A DNA stretch of 64,000 nucleotides from an uncultured candidate division Zixibacteria bacterium (GTDB taxonomy: Bacteria > Zixibacteria > MSB-5A5 > UBA10806): assembly GCA_963817915.1 (NCBI GenBank), contig CAWFQL010000011.1, positions 239,563 to 303,562 on the forward strand, given 5' to 3'. Of this stretch, positions 19,075 through 29,506 are shown piece by piece. The translations under genes and the position numbers were made by a program. The stretch's first letter is position 1, and every line of letters begins with the position of its first letter. The notes under the pieces were generated by a model. It was not told the origin of the DNA. It saw only the letters and a list, made by a program, of their open reading frames with translations, and did not search any database.

Positions 19075-21886
19075 ATGGCCAAGAGAAAAACTAATAAGAA
19101 AAGCAAATCGGTGAATTTGAATATCGACGATATAAATCAATTGGCCAAGGGATTTTCGGCCTCGACCACAGCAATAAAGAGCGATAAATATTTTGTCAAT
19201 ATATTGAATAAGGCAAAATCCTCGGGCGATCTGGCGTTGATAGCGTCGACTTATTTTGACTGGGCGATGAATTATTCCAATCAAAATGACGGTCCCAATA
19301 TGCTGGAAACAGTGGTCCAAGCGAGGAAGAGCCTGGGTGATTATCTGGATTCATATTTTATGGAGACTCTGGCCAATTATTTAATGAGAAACTATCGCGA
19401 AGGTATTAAACTCTGCCGATCAATATTTGGCCAAGCGAGGCGCGATCGACCCGGATCAAAAAAAATACCTGCGCCAGACATATGATTTTGTCGGCGATCT
19501 ACTCTGGGTTGCGGCCGATTCGGCCAGAAATATCGGCGAATTCAATTTATCATTCGAATATCAGGGGAAATCCATCGAAATGGAACCCCATAATCATTAC
19601 AGACGTTTTGTATACGCATCTAATCTCGGCAAGGACGGCAGAATCGATGACGCAATCGAAGTCCTCAACGACGGTCTGCGCAAATATCCTCATGAATTGG
19701 CGTTTGAAAATTGCAAAGCCCTGGTTTATGGCGATGCTGAAATATATGAAAAGGCGTTCGAAGTCCTGGACAATGTTTTGCGGATCAGGCCCAATGATGT
19801 CGATGCTATCATAAACTACGGAGTTATTTTCGAGAAAAAAGGGGAGTACGAAAGTTCGGAAGAATATTTCCAAAAAGCGCTCGCAATCGATCCGACCCAT
19901 GAAGTCGCTATAGCAAATCTTAAGAACCTTCATGACAATATCGATTCCAAGCCTCAGAAGATATCTCTCTGCATGATTGTCAAAGACGAAGAGCACTTTC
20001 TTCCCGGATGCCTTAAATCTGTCCAGGGTCTAATAGACGAATTGATTGTTGTCGATACCGGTTCGACTGATAGAACCATGGAAATCGCCCGCGAATATGG
20101 AGCCAAAATCTATCAGCATCCATGGCAGAATGATTTTTCATTCCATCGCAATCAATCGATGTCGTACGCTACCGGCGATTGGATTTTGATCCTTGATGCC
20201 GATGAAGAACTCGATCCATCCGAACATGAGATGATCAGAAGTTCGATTAAGCGAAAAAACATATACGCTATTTCATTCGTGGTTTATAATAAAATACAGC
20301 ATGGCAGAACCGGCTTTCTTAATTCCCATAGAATGTTCCGCAACGGCAGGGGTTATCATTATTCGGGTATTGTCCATAATCAATTAATCATGGACGATAC
20401 CTATTTCTCCAGCCAGTTCAAGGTTTACCATCACGGATATGGATTATCCGATGAGCAGATGAACGCCAAGGGGAGAAGGACGGAAGCTCTCCTAAAGAAG
20501 CAATTGGAAGAAAATCCCGATAATGCTTTTGCTCATTTCAATCTGGCCCAAATCTATCGCGGTCTCGGCGATCCGGAATCGAGCCTTCGCCATTCTACGC
20601 GCGTAACGGAATTGTTAAGTCCGGAAAGCAAAGATCGCCTGCATGTTTATATTATGGCGTTGGATCAGATGGGTTGCGCTTATGTCGGTCTGAAACAAAT
20701 CGACAAAGCTAAAGAGACCTTTTATAAAGCGTTGGAACTCAAGCCTGATTATCTCGATCCACTATTCAATTTGGGTTACGTTTACGCGCAAGGCGGTGAG
20801 TTCGATAAATCCGATGAAGTGTTCAATCGCTATTTAAATGTCCGGAAAAGCTTTTCGGCTCATCATGAATGGATGGGGCTGATTCTAAATAACCTCAACA
20901 GCCAATTCGCCGCTTATTATGGTCTTGGGCTTTCTCAAATGCACCGGAATAATATCGATAAAGCCATCGAGAATTTTAATACGGTCGTAGAGCTTGTCGG
21001 CGATTTCGAATTCACTCATCATCTTCTGGCAAGATGCTACCGCCAGAAAAAGGATCATACTAAAATCATAATCCACTGCGAAAAGGCGATAGAGCACGGA
21101 CATGAAGACGCCGAAATTTATATCATTAAAGGTGAAGCATACCTTAATCTGGGTGAATCGACAAAGGCTACAGAATGTTTTGATAAGGCAAAAGAATTGG
21201 ATACAAGTAATTTCGCGTCGCATCTCGGACTTGCTTCCGCGGCTTCTCTCGATGGAAAATACGACGAAGCGTTGAAGCTTGTCGATGATGCTTTGCGGGT
21301 CTCTCCAAATTCGCCTCAGGCGCTGGCCGCGAGAGGAGACTTGCTTTATCGTGAAGGCAATTTTGATAACGCTGCCGAAAGCTATAAGAATCAATCTCTG
21401 GCTTCTCCGCAGGACCCCGGATCGTGGAATAATCTTGGCAATTGTTTTATCAAACAAAACAATTTCGCGTCGGCGGAAGAATGCTATAGAATGACCCTCA
21501 AAATCGCCCCGAATTTTGGAATCGGCTACAGAAATCTCGCGGTCACTATGATCAAACGAAACAAGATCGACGAGGCAATTTCGTATTTCGAAAAATATCT
21601 TACATTCAATTCAGGCGATTTCGAAGCCCAGGTAACCCTGGCCGATCTTTTCTACAATCGCAAAGAATACTGGAAATCAATTCCATATTATGAGAATTTT
21701 ATTAGAAGAAATCCAAGTCAAATCGATGCCCTGCTTAGACTTTCGGACTGTTATTTCAATCTGGGGAAGCTCGACGCGGCGGTAATGGGATATAATGCCG
21801 TCTTGAAAGTAAATTCGGAGAATCAGGTGGCTACGACAAGACTTGCGGATATTAATGGATATAAATCTCCGGTAACGTCTCGCTGA
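19075..21886 (+). CDS. TPR-GT2-TPR glycosyltransferase, probably for flagellin (frameshift near 19418)
   Basis: ISLCMIVKDEE, VVDTGSTDRT, WQNDFS..RN, ILDADE; many TPRs on both sides; directly upstream of flagellin. Confidence 0.85.
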
Positions 21887-21919
21887 TTTTTCCCGCTGTT
21901 ACAAATTCATAAATATCAC

Positions 21920-21947
21920 TAAAGTCCGACACTTTCGGTGTCGAAAA
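21920..21947 (+). promoter_or_regulatory. Sigma28 promoter of flagellin
   Basis: TAAA-N16-GTCGAAAA; contains dyad CGACAC-TTTCG-GTGTCG (21927-21943). Confidence 0.65.
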
Positions 21948-22040
21948 TATAGCAGAGAATTTGAAATCCTTAGAGGATCATATTTTAGATAGAGGAGGTG
22001 AATCACACAACATCCCATCATTTTAGGTGGAATTAAACCA

Positions 22041-22078
22041 TTACTGACAAGGAAAGGTCAGTAAAATTTCAAGGAGGA
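22041..22078 (+). promoter_or_regulatory. CsrA-binding hairpin and SD in flagellin leader
   Basis: TTACTGAC-AAGGAAAG-GTCAGTAA 8-bp stem with GGA in the loop, followed by AAGGAGGA SD. Confidence 0.75.
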
Positions 22079-22084
22079 ACTTCA

Positions 22085-24340
22085 ATGGCATTACGTATCA
22101 ACCACAACATTACAGCCTTGGATGCTTGGCGTAATTTGACAGTTACAACAGGCAAAATGGCCAGCTCAATGGAGAAATTGTCGTCCGGTTACAGAGTAAA
22201 CAGAGCCGCCGACGACCCAGCCGGATTAGTTATATCCGAGCAATTCCGCGCGCAGATCGCCGGATTGAATCGCGCCGTCCAGAACTCTGAGGCGAGCATC
22301 AATATGATTCAGACCGCTGAAGGCGCACTGAATGAAATTAACAACCTTTTGGTCGGTATGAGAGAACTCGCTATTCACGCCGCTAACGAGGGTGTTAATG
22401 ATGTCAACCAGTTGGCTGCTGACCAGGCTGAAATTACGAACGCAATAAGCACAATTGACAGAATCGCTGCCAATACTCAGTTTGGCACAAAGAAATTGCT
22501 CGATGGTTCTGCTGCCAACGCGGCCGCAATCACCACCAGCAATACTTCCAGACTGGCTACAACCGATTCTCAGTTGGTCGCTGGCGTTCACAGCGTATCA
22601 TCCGTGCTTCTGACCGAATCGTCCTCGACGATCGATGTCACCAGCTTCGGGGTCAATTCACCAGCCGGTTCTTATAACTTGGCCGATGGCGTTCATAACG
22701 TCGACGTCGTCCAGGCTTCTTCCGGCGCGGTGAAGGTTGGAAATGCAATAAGCGCGCTCGATGCTTGGGGAAATGGCCTTTCAGTAACAGGTACAGCCGC
22801 ATCTATCAGAGAAGCTTATGTCAGAGCAACATCCAACTTCACAACTTTGGCCGACAATAACCAGTATACCATTACATTCCAGCTCAACTATCAGGAAGCG
22901 GGATCAAGTGCAGTCGGAATGCAGACCTTGACCCTCAGGACCGCAGCGGTTGCCTCCGGTAACCTCGCGACTGAAATTGTCTCCAAGTTGAATAGCGCTA
23001 TCAATGCCAACACTTACCTTGCTGGCAAATTGACAGCCACAGTCACCGCTGGCGCTCCAGACGCAATTAGAATTCGTTCGACCAGCACCGGCACCAGCTA
23101 TTCATTAGCTACCGGCACAGTGACTTCCTCCAATGCTACCGTTCAGTCGGCATTGCAGGGCTTAGCCAATCTCGACGATCGCGGTCGTTCAAGCAACTTG
23201 CTGTCAATCACAGCTCAGTTTGCTTCCAGCTCGACCTTGATCGATGCTTTCACGAAGACTGCTACCTTCGCAATCGGAACCGGTACATTCTCAACATTGA
23301 CGACATTAGTCGCGTCAATCAACTCCAAATTGGCTCAAGCTGCCAACTTTGGTACCTATAATGATACCGCGACCGGCCAGATGAATAAAGTCTATGCTAC
23401 GATCGTCGCCGAAGGCGGTCTTAACAAGATCAAATTATTCACCATGGACGAAGGTTCGAAGTTCTCGTTGAAGCTCAACATGACCGGTACCGGCACTCCT
23501 ACCGCTCTCTATCAGTCTCTTGGCCTTTCTGTCGATAATATCGCCAACAAGGGTCTTGACGCTATAGTGAGATTCGACGGTTACAACAATAACATCAGCG
23601 ACGTTCGCTATTTCTACACCGCAGCCAGCTATACCAATAGCAGCCAGACAATCTACACATCGGCTGATACCGAATCTCGCGGTTCAGTCACGATGACTGT
23701 AGCTTCCGGCCAGACCAATGGCGGCATCAATATTGGCAAGATGTTGCTCTCAGTCAAAGCCAGAACCTACTCAGTCAGATTAGATGGTGGCGACGAGACA
23801 GTCGTGACAGCGGGCAAGGAAATGACCGTATTCAACTCTCAGCGCGACCAGAGCATCAAGGTCAAATACTCGCTGAAGTCTGATGGCGGTTCAGAGCAGC
23901 TGTATGTTACCGATCGTAGCCTCGTATTCCAAATCGGCGGTAATGTCGGCCAGACCGGCAAGATTGGTTTGCCGAATCTTTCTTCCAGCTATCTCGGTCA
24001 GAATGTGGAAAATAACACATTCAGCAGCCTTTCCGAAATCAATGTTACCTCGGCTTCCAGCGCTCAATTCGCTCAGAGCGTTATTGACCAGGCGATCAAC
24101 GACGTTACCAACGTTCGTGGTAGATTGGGATCCTTCCAGAAGAACACTCTGGAATCGAACCTGACCAACCTCAGAATCGCCGCCCAGAACCTGACCTCAG
24201 CCGAATCTTCGATCCGCGACACCGATATGGCGAAAGAAATGTCCGAGTACGTCAGATACCAGATCTTAATGCAAGCTGGTACCTCGATGTTAGCTCAGGG
24301 CAACCAGATTCCTCAAACAGTACTTTCACTCTTCAGATAA
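22085..24340 (+). CDS. fliC: Flagellin, 751 aa, large Ser/Thr-rich variable region
   Basis: MALRINHN, LSSGYRVNRAADDPAGL, IQTAEGAL; C-terminal QNLTSAESSIRDTDMAKEM...LSLFR. Confidence 0.97.
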   Translation: MALRINHNITALDAWRNLTVTTGKMASSMEKLSSGYRVNRAADDPAGLVISEQFRAQIAGLNRAVQNSEASINMIQTAEGALNEINNLLVGMRELAIHAANEGVNDVNQLAADQAEITNAISTIDRIAANTQFGTKKLLDGSAANAAAITTSNTSRLATTDSQLVAGVHSVSSVLLTESSSTIDVTSFGVNSPAGSYNLADGVHNVDVVQASSGAVKVGNAISALDAWGNGLSVTGTAASIREAYVRATSNFTTLADNNQYTITFQLNYQEAGSSAVGMQTLTLRTAAVASGNLATEIVSKLNSAINANTYLAGKLTATVTAGAPDAIRIRSTSTGTSYSLATGTVTSSNATVQSALQGLANLDDRGRSSNLLSITAQFASSSTLIDAFTKTATFAIGTGTFSTLTTLVASINSKLAQAANFGTYNDTATGQMNKVYATIVAEGGLNKIKLFTMDEGSKFSLKLNMTGTGTPTALYQSLGLSVDNIANKGLDAIVRFDGYNNNISDVRYFYTAASYTNSSQTIYTSADTESRGSVTMTVASGQTNGGINIGKMLLSVKARTYSVRLDGGDETVVTAGKEMTVFNSQRDQSIKVKYSLKSDGGSEQLYVTDRSLVFQIGGNVGQTGKIGLPNLSSSYLGQNVENNTFSSLSEINVTSASSAQFAQSVIDQAINDVTNVRGRLGSFQKNTLESNLTNLRIAAQNLTSAESSIRDTDMAKEMSEYVRYQILMQAGTSMLAQGNQIPQTVLSLFR

Positions 24341-24354
24341 ATCTGGATCAATTT

Positions 24355-24388
24355 GGGGGGATGGCAAAACCATCCCCCTTTTTTATTT
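24355..24388 (+). terminator. Intrinsic terminator after flagellin
   Basis: GGGGGATGG-CAAAA-CCATCCCCC followed by T-run. Confidence 0.9.
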
Positions 24389-24438
24389 CTGACTGCAATT
24401 TTCATTCCTAAAAATTCATAAGATAAGCCCCAACAAGC

Positions 24439-24465
24439 TAATAAATCAGCGTCTTATTCCGATAA
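24439..24465 (+). promoter_or_regulatory. Putative sigma28 promoter of fliD operon
   Basis: TAAT-N15-TCCGATAA about 95 nt upstream of fliD. Confidence 0.6.
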
Positions 24466-24558
24466 TATCAATATGAAGGATCAGTCCGCTTGGACTCGCA
24501 GATTTATTTCCGTCAAAAACGGAAATCATATGTTAATTAGATCTTAGGGGGTTCCCAA

Positions 24559-26904
24559 ATGGCAAGTGTGAGTTCTATAGACGGAATAGTCTCCGGAATG
24601 AATACTCAGGGCATCATTGATGCCATGATGAAGATGGAGCAAGGTCAGGTAGATCTCTATTCCGCAAGACAGGCAGAGTACACGCAAAAACTTACTTCGT
24701 GGCAATCAATTAATTCATATATGTTGGGTTTCAAGACGCAGCTGGATATTCTCGCGAAACCTTCTCTCTGGAATACCAAATCGGTGGTTTCATCGAATGA
24801 AGACGCGATCGTCGCGACATCTTCCGGAAGCTCAGCGAACGGTACTTATTTTCTTTCGGTAAATCAATTGGCGCGTAATCATCAGATTGCCAGCCAGGGA
24901 TATTCTGAGAGCTCCGCCATAGTGGGAACCGGCTCCATTGAAATAAAGCTTGGAAGCGGAACTTCAAAAACTATTACACTCGACTCGGGGAACAACAGCC
25001 TCGAATCCTTAAAAGAAGCGATCAACAATGCTGACGCGGGCGTGACGGCCGCTATTATCAATGATGGATCAAAAAATAATTCTTATAGATTAATTTTGAC
25101 AGCCAACGAAACTGGATCGGCGAATCAAATTTCGGTTATCTCCAGCTTGTCCGGAGGAACCGCGCCCGATTTTACTACAGCATCATTCGATACAGCCGAA
25201 AAATTGATCTGGGCATCAACCTCAACATCGAATCCCTTTCTCGGAAGCTCCGCTCATTATACCGGATCAACCAATAAGACATACACATTCACTGTCGGCG
25301 GTTCCGGCGCCCAAACAGTAGGAAGCGGCCCGATAACTTTAAACTGGACCGATGGCACGAATTCCGGGACAGTTGCTATCGATATGGCCGGATCGGATGC
25401 AGCATTGACTGGAGCAGGCTCGGATGGACTGACTATTAACCTGGGTTCAGGTGTTGTGAATGCCGGCGATTCGTTCCAGATTCAGGCGCTTGCTCCGACA
25501 CTACAAGCGGGGCAGGACGCTATCATGCAATTGGGCAGCACTGATTCAGGCGGCTCTCCAATCCAGATAACATCCGGTACAAACAAGATCACAACTCTTA
25601 TTGACGGTGTTTCACTTGATTTAAAGCAAGCGACAACGACCGCTGTAATGATAAAGGTCGATAATGATTATTCGTCAATTGCGAAATCGGCCGAAGAGCT
25701 GATAAGCAAGTATAATGCCTTCGCGGATTTTGTTGATCAGCAGATGGCGTATAATTCAGGCACTGGCAAAGCCGGAGTTTTATTAGGTGAATCTTCATTA
25801 ATCAATCTGCTTTCAGATGTCAGAACTAGCATCACAAGCAGCATAGCGGGCCTCGCTGGACCATATACGAAGCTGTCTGATGTCGGGATAAAGTTCAATA
25901 CCAAAGGCAGGCTGGAATTCAGCAGCGCGACATTTACAAGCAAGTTGGACGCATCGCCAGAGGATATCAGAAAACTATTTCTGGCCGCTGGGACATCATC
26001 GAATTCCTATATCAAATATATCTCGTCGGGCGCAAAGACTATCGCGCGATCAAGCGGTTATGATGTCGATATCACCAAGGCCCCTGAGCAGGGCGCATTC
26101 GCCGCGGGCTCAATACCCAATCCTGCCACAACACCGTTGGTAATAGATTCGACCAATAGCAACATGCAAATCAAAATCAATGGGTACTTGTCAAATACAA
26201 TTTCATTGGAACAAAGGGCATATTCAACAGGCGCCGAACTGGCTGAGGAGATTGAAAATAAAATTAACGCCGACATATCGTTGGGCTCAAACGATGTAGT
26301 GGTCGAATGGGTCGATGAGGGCGCCAACGGCCACTTGAAAATCACATCAGCCTTATGGGGCGCCAATTCCAAAGTAGAGATTAGCGGCGAGCCACTAACC
26401 AGCGCTCACACCATATTGGGATTTACAAATGGCACATCGACTGTCGGTGTCGATGTCGAAGGTACGATAAATGGCGAACCTGCTACGGGAGTAGGACAAA
26501 TACTCACGGGCAAAGACGGTAACGCTACGACCGATGGGATGAAACTCGAAATCGATTTGACCGCGGGCCAACTGGTTGATGGCGCCGAAGGCAGAGTCAC
26601 TCTGACAAAGGGATTTGCGGCCTTGATTTCCGACAAAATGAGCCGTTATACAGATCCGTCCACCGGCATACTTAGCAGCAAGGCAGGGTCAATCCAAAAG
26701 CAGGTCGATAACCTTAAAGACACTATCACCAGAATGCAGACTCAATTGGAAAAGAAAAGGGAAAGCTTGTATCAGCAGTTTAGAAATATGGAAAATACGT
26801 TGGCAAAGCTTCAAAGCCAGCAGATGTATCTGAGCGCGGCTATTACCAGTCTGGGCGGCTCATCAAGCGCGTCATCCACTCCCAAGCCCAGCACATCATC
26901 GTAA
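24559..26904 (+). CDS. fliD: Flagellar filament cap FliD, extended (781 aa)
   Basis: GIVSGMNT..IID.MM, IINDGS..YRLIL, C-terminal LYQQF.NME..L. Confidence 0.93.
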   Translation: MASVSSIDGIVSGMNTQGIIDAMMKMEQGQVDLYSARQAEYTQKLTSWQSINSYMLGFKTQLDILAKPSLWNTKSVVSSNEDAIVATSSGSSANGTYFLSVNQLARNHQIASQGYSESSAIVGTGSIEIKLGSGTSKTITLDSGNNSLESLKEAINNADAGVTAAIINDGSKNNSYRLILTANETGSANQISVISSLSGGTAPDFTTASFDTAEKLIWASTSTSNPFLGSSAHYTGSTNKTYTFTVGGSGAQTVGSGPITLNWTDGTNSGTVAIDMAGSDAALTGAGSDGLTINLGSGVVNAGDSFQIQALAPTLQAGQDAIMQLGSTDSGGSPIQITSGTNKITTLIDGVSLDLKQATTTAVMIKVDNDYSSIAKSAEELISKYNAFADFVDQQMAYNSGTGKAGVLLGESSLINLLSDVRTSITSSIAGLAGPYTKLSDVGIKFNTKGRLEFSSATFTSKLDASPEDIRKLFLAAGTSSNSYIKYISSGAKTIARSSGYDVDITKAPEQGAFAAGSIPNPATTPLVIDSTNSNMQIKINGYLSNTISLEQRAYSTGAELAEEIENKINADISLGSNDVVVEWVDEGANGHLKITSALWGANSKVEISGEPLTSAHTILGFTNGTSTVGVDVEGTINGEPATGVGQILTGKDGNATTDGMKLEIDLTAGQLVDGAEGRVTLTKGFAALISDKMSRYTDPSTGILSSKAGSIQKQVDNLKDTITRMQTQLEKKRESLYQQFRNMENTLAKLQSQQMYLSAAITSLGGSSSASSTPKPSTSS

Positions 26905-26926
26905 AATAAAAGGAGAAGTCAATTTA

Positions 26927-27358
26927 ATGAATCAAGAGATTAATGCTTACAGGGAATTGAATATCTCCGAAATGAATCAAAAGGAGCTTATTGTATTTCT
27001 TTATGATTCCGCGTTGGAATGTCTTGGCCGTTCCAAAGAAATGATCACGACAAACAAGATCGGACCATTGCACGAAGAGCTCAGTCGCGCGCGCAATATA
27101 TTTGTTCATCTACTGGCTACACTGAATATGGAAGCCGGCGGCGAATTCGCTCAAAAGCTTTCGACATTGTACGCGTTCTTCATCGAAAAAATTACTATCG
27201 CCAACGCCACGAGGGAGACAAAGGAAATTGACGAGATAGTGCCGTTGATATCGGATATAAGAGAATCCTGGTCGCAAATTACCCTTGATGATTCTCAAAT
27301 GCCTAAGCCCCCCATAAATACAACCCAAACTTTCCAAACCATATCCGTGGAGGTCTAG
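26927..27358 (+). CDS. fliS: Flagellin chaperone FliS
   Basis: LIVFLYD, TLNMEAGGE.A..L..LY, IRESW. Confidence 0.93.
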   Translation: MNQEINAYRELNISEMNQKELIVFLYDSALECLGRSKEMITTNKIGPLHEELSRARNIFVHLLATLNMEAGGEFAQKLSTLYAFFIEKITIANATRETKEIDEIVPLISDIRESWSQITLDDSQMPKPPINTTQTFQTISVEV

Positions 27359-27801
27359 TGAGCGCTCGCAATAACAGACTCAAGGAATTGCTTGAAGCAA
27401 AATACAATCTCATGAAAATGATGCAGGATGTTATTTCTGAACAGGAGACCATGTTTAAGGAAAAGGATTGGGATCGGCTGAATACCAGGTGCACTGATGT
27501 TGAAAATATGATCTCTAAACTTAAAGATATCGATTTCGAGATTGCCCGTCTCGAAGATCAAATGGGCGAAACTAAAATTATCGATCTTGCCGGTGGAATG
27601 GAAGCCTACAGGGTCTTTTTTGATAATATATCTGAGCTGGCGCAAAAAAATAGATCTGCCATAATAAAATTGGCGAAGAATATGGAAAACGCGCGTAACG
27701 ATGTAAAAAAGCAGCTGAATGAAATCGTGGCCAATTGTCAAATCGGCGGTTATCGGCCATATTCAGATGAGCAGCCATATTACATTGATAAACAGAGTTA
27801 A
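27358..27801 (+). CDS. FliT/FlgN-like flagellar chaperone
   Basis: Helical 147 aa directly after fliS; C-terminal Y...PYYIDK. Confidence 0.55.
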   Translation: MSARNNRLKELLEAKYNLMKMMQDVISEQETMFKEKDWDRLNTRCTDVENMISKLKDIDFEIARLEDQMGETKIIDLAGGMEAYRVFFDNISELAQKNRSAIIKLAKNMENARNDVKKQLNEIVANCQIGGYRPYSDEQPYYIDKQS

Positions 27802-27843
27802 GATTATTAGACTTTTGACGAACATTGATTTAGAGGTAGTTTT

Positions 27844-28314
27844 ATGAAGATTCACGGAATTAACCGATCGGTAACGCCGCCTGACGATCGGAGTGACAAA
27901 AGTAAACCGACAGCGGAAACACGAATAACAAATGGCGACAAGATAGAACTTTCCATGCAGCAAGATAAGTCCTCAAATTATCCAAATGACATCCCGGGTG
28001 AAAATTCAGGGCAAAGCGAAATGCAGAGAATCAATTGGGTTCGGGCGCGCGCGGCGAATGGATTCTACGATAAACAAGGACCTACAGACAAAACAGTAGA
28101 CCTTCTCATAAAAAATCACAAACTTGCAGACCTGATGGATAGAAATCAGCTGAAAAAAAATAATGGCTCAGGAGGCGATCTTATTGCCGCTTCCGTAAAG
28201 AAATCGGATAAAATTGCCGAAATAAAACAAAGGATAGATGACGGATATTATGATGATCCTGTCCATCTGGCCGAGTTAGCGGAAATAATCATTAAGGAAT
28301 TTAAAATCGAATGA
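27844..28314 (+). CDS. FlgM-like anti-sigma28 factor with duplicated C-terminal module
   Basis: MKI start, DKIELS motif, and two copies of the (R/K)I..(V/I)K.RI..G.Y module. Confidence 0.6.
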   Translation: MKIHGINRSVTPPDDRSDKSKPTAETRITNGDKIELSMQQDKSSNYPNDIPGENSGQSEMQRINWVRARAANGFYDKQGPTDKTVDLLIKNHKLADLMDRNQLKKNNGSGGDLIAASVKKSDKIAEIKQRIDDGYYDDPVHLAELAEIIIKEFKIE

Positions 28315-28324
28315 TGATAATATT

Positions 28325-29221
28325 ATGCCCGTGATAGATGAACTAAAAGAAAAAAAGATGAAGATGATCGTGGGGAGAATCCAAAATCTTCCCACGCCTC
28401 CGATCGTATTCACCCAAATTACTAAAGTCATCAATGATCCCAATACTTCCGCGTACGATCTCGCGAAAATAATCGCCGAAGACCCGGCATTGACTGCAAA
28501 AATTCTCAAATTAACAAATTCGTCATTTTATGGAATTCCCAGATCCATTACCAATGTCAAACAAGCGATCGTGATACTTGGAATGGAAGCTGTGAAATCG
28601 CTGGTCATTTCCGCCTCGGTTTTCGAAATGTTTTCCGGCAAAAATAAAATCGATGGCGACTACTTGGCCGATTTCTGGAAGCATTCTCTGCAGACCGCTT
28701 TTACATCCAGGATTATAACCAGGCTTACCGAATTTCCTGCCTTTCTCGAAGCGGAAATGTCATTCTCGGCTGGCTTGCTGCATGATATTGGAAAGCTCGT
28801 TATTATGACCGATATGTCGAAGGAGCATGCCGAAGTGAAGGAGCATCTCAGTCGAGACACTAAGTTGGCGGAATTCGAGGCTGAAAATGCCGTTATGGAA
28901 TTCTCCCATGCCGATATCGGAAGCTTTCTCGCCGCTAAATGGAATCTGCCGGAGCCGATCTGCAATGCGATTAGAAATCATCATAATTTTGAAGTGGTCA
29001 ATGCTCAGCCTGAAGCCGGGCTTATACATCTGGCAAATCATATGGCGCATCGTGCCAACATGGAAGAAGAAGAGATACTGCCTAATATGTCTCCTCTGAA
29101 TGAATTGGTATGGCAGACACTTGGCCTGGATTTGAGCCAGCGCAAAAAATTATTGTCACGGCTCGGAGAAGAATACGGCAAGGCGGAGACATTCCTGAAA
29201 ATGGCCCAGGGATTAGACTAA
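28325..29221 (+). CDS. HDOD-domain signalling protein
   Basis: [47 protein letters not shown]. Confidence 0.92.
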   Translation: MPVIDELKEKKMKMIVGRIQNLPTPPIVFTQITKVINDPNTSAYDLAKIIAEDPALTAKILKLTNSSFYGIPRSITNVKQAIVILGMEAVKSLVISASVFEMFSGKNKIDGDYLADFWKHSLQTAFTSRIITRLTEFPAFLEAEMSFSAGLLHDIGKLVIMTDMSKEHAEVKEHLSRDTKLAEFEAENAVMEFSHADIGSFLAAKWNLPEPICNAIRNHHNFEVVNAQPEAGLIHLANHMAHRANMEEEEILPNMSPLNELVWQTLGLDLSQRKKLLSRLGEEYGKAETFLKMAQGLD

Positions 29222-29263
29222 TTTTGATATATTCCCCACATTATTTAAACCTATTTTTTTCGC

Positions 29264-29292
29264 TTGCTAATGCCTCAAATTGCGGATATATT
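29264..29292 (+). promoter_or_regulatory. Sigma70-type promoter upstream of tRNA-Val/thrS
   Basis: TTGCTA-N17-TATATT. Confidence 0.5.
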
Positions 29293-29423
29293 TGCGCAAG
29301 CTCCTTAAAAAGAGGAGCTTATGGTTGGAATTCGGCTCAGATCTGGGCCGGCGGATTATTATCGTATATTATAATAATGCCGTGATCATAAATGAGAAGG
29401 GTTGCATCCCAAATGTGTTCCGG

Positions 29424-29500
29424 GGGCGATTAGCTCAGTTGGTTAGAGTGCTTGCTTGACATGCAAGAGGTCACTGGTTCAATTCCAGTATCGCCCACCA
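29424..29500 (+). tRNA. tRNA-Val(GAC)
   Basis: GGGCGAT/ATCGCCC acceptor stem, CTTGC-TTGACAT-GCAAG anticodon arm, GGTTCAATTCC T-arm, encoded CCA. Confidence 0.97.
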
Positions 29501-29506
29501 TTGTTG

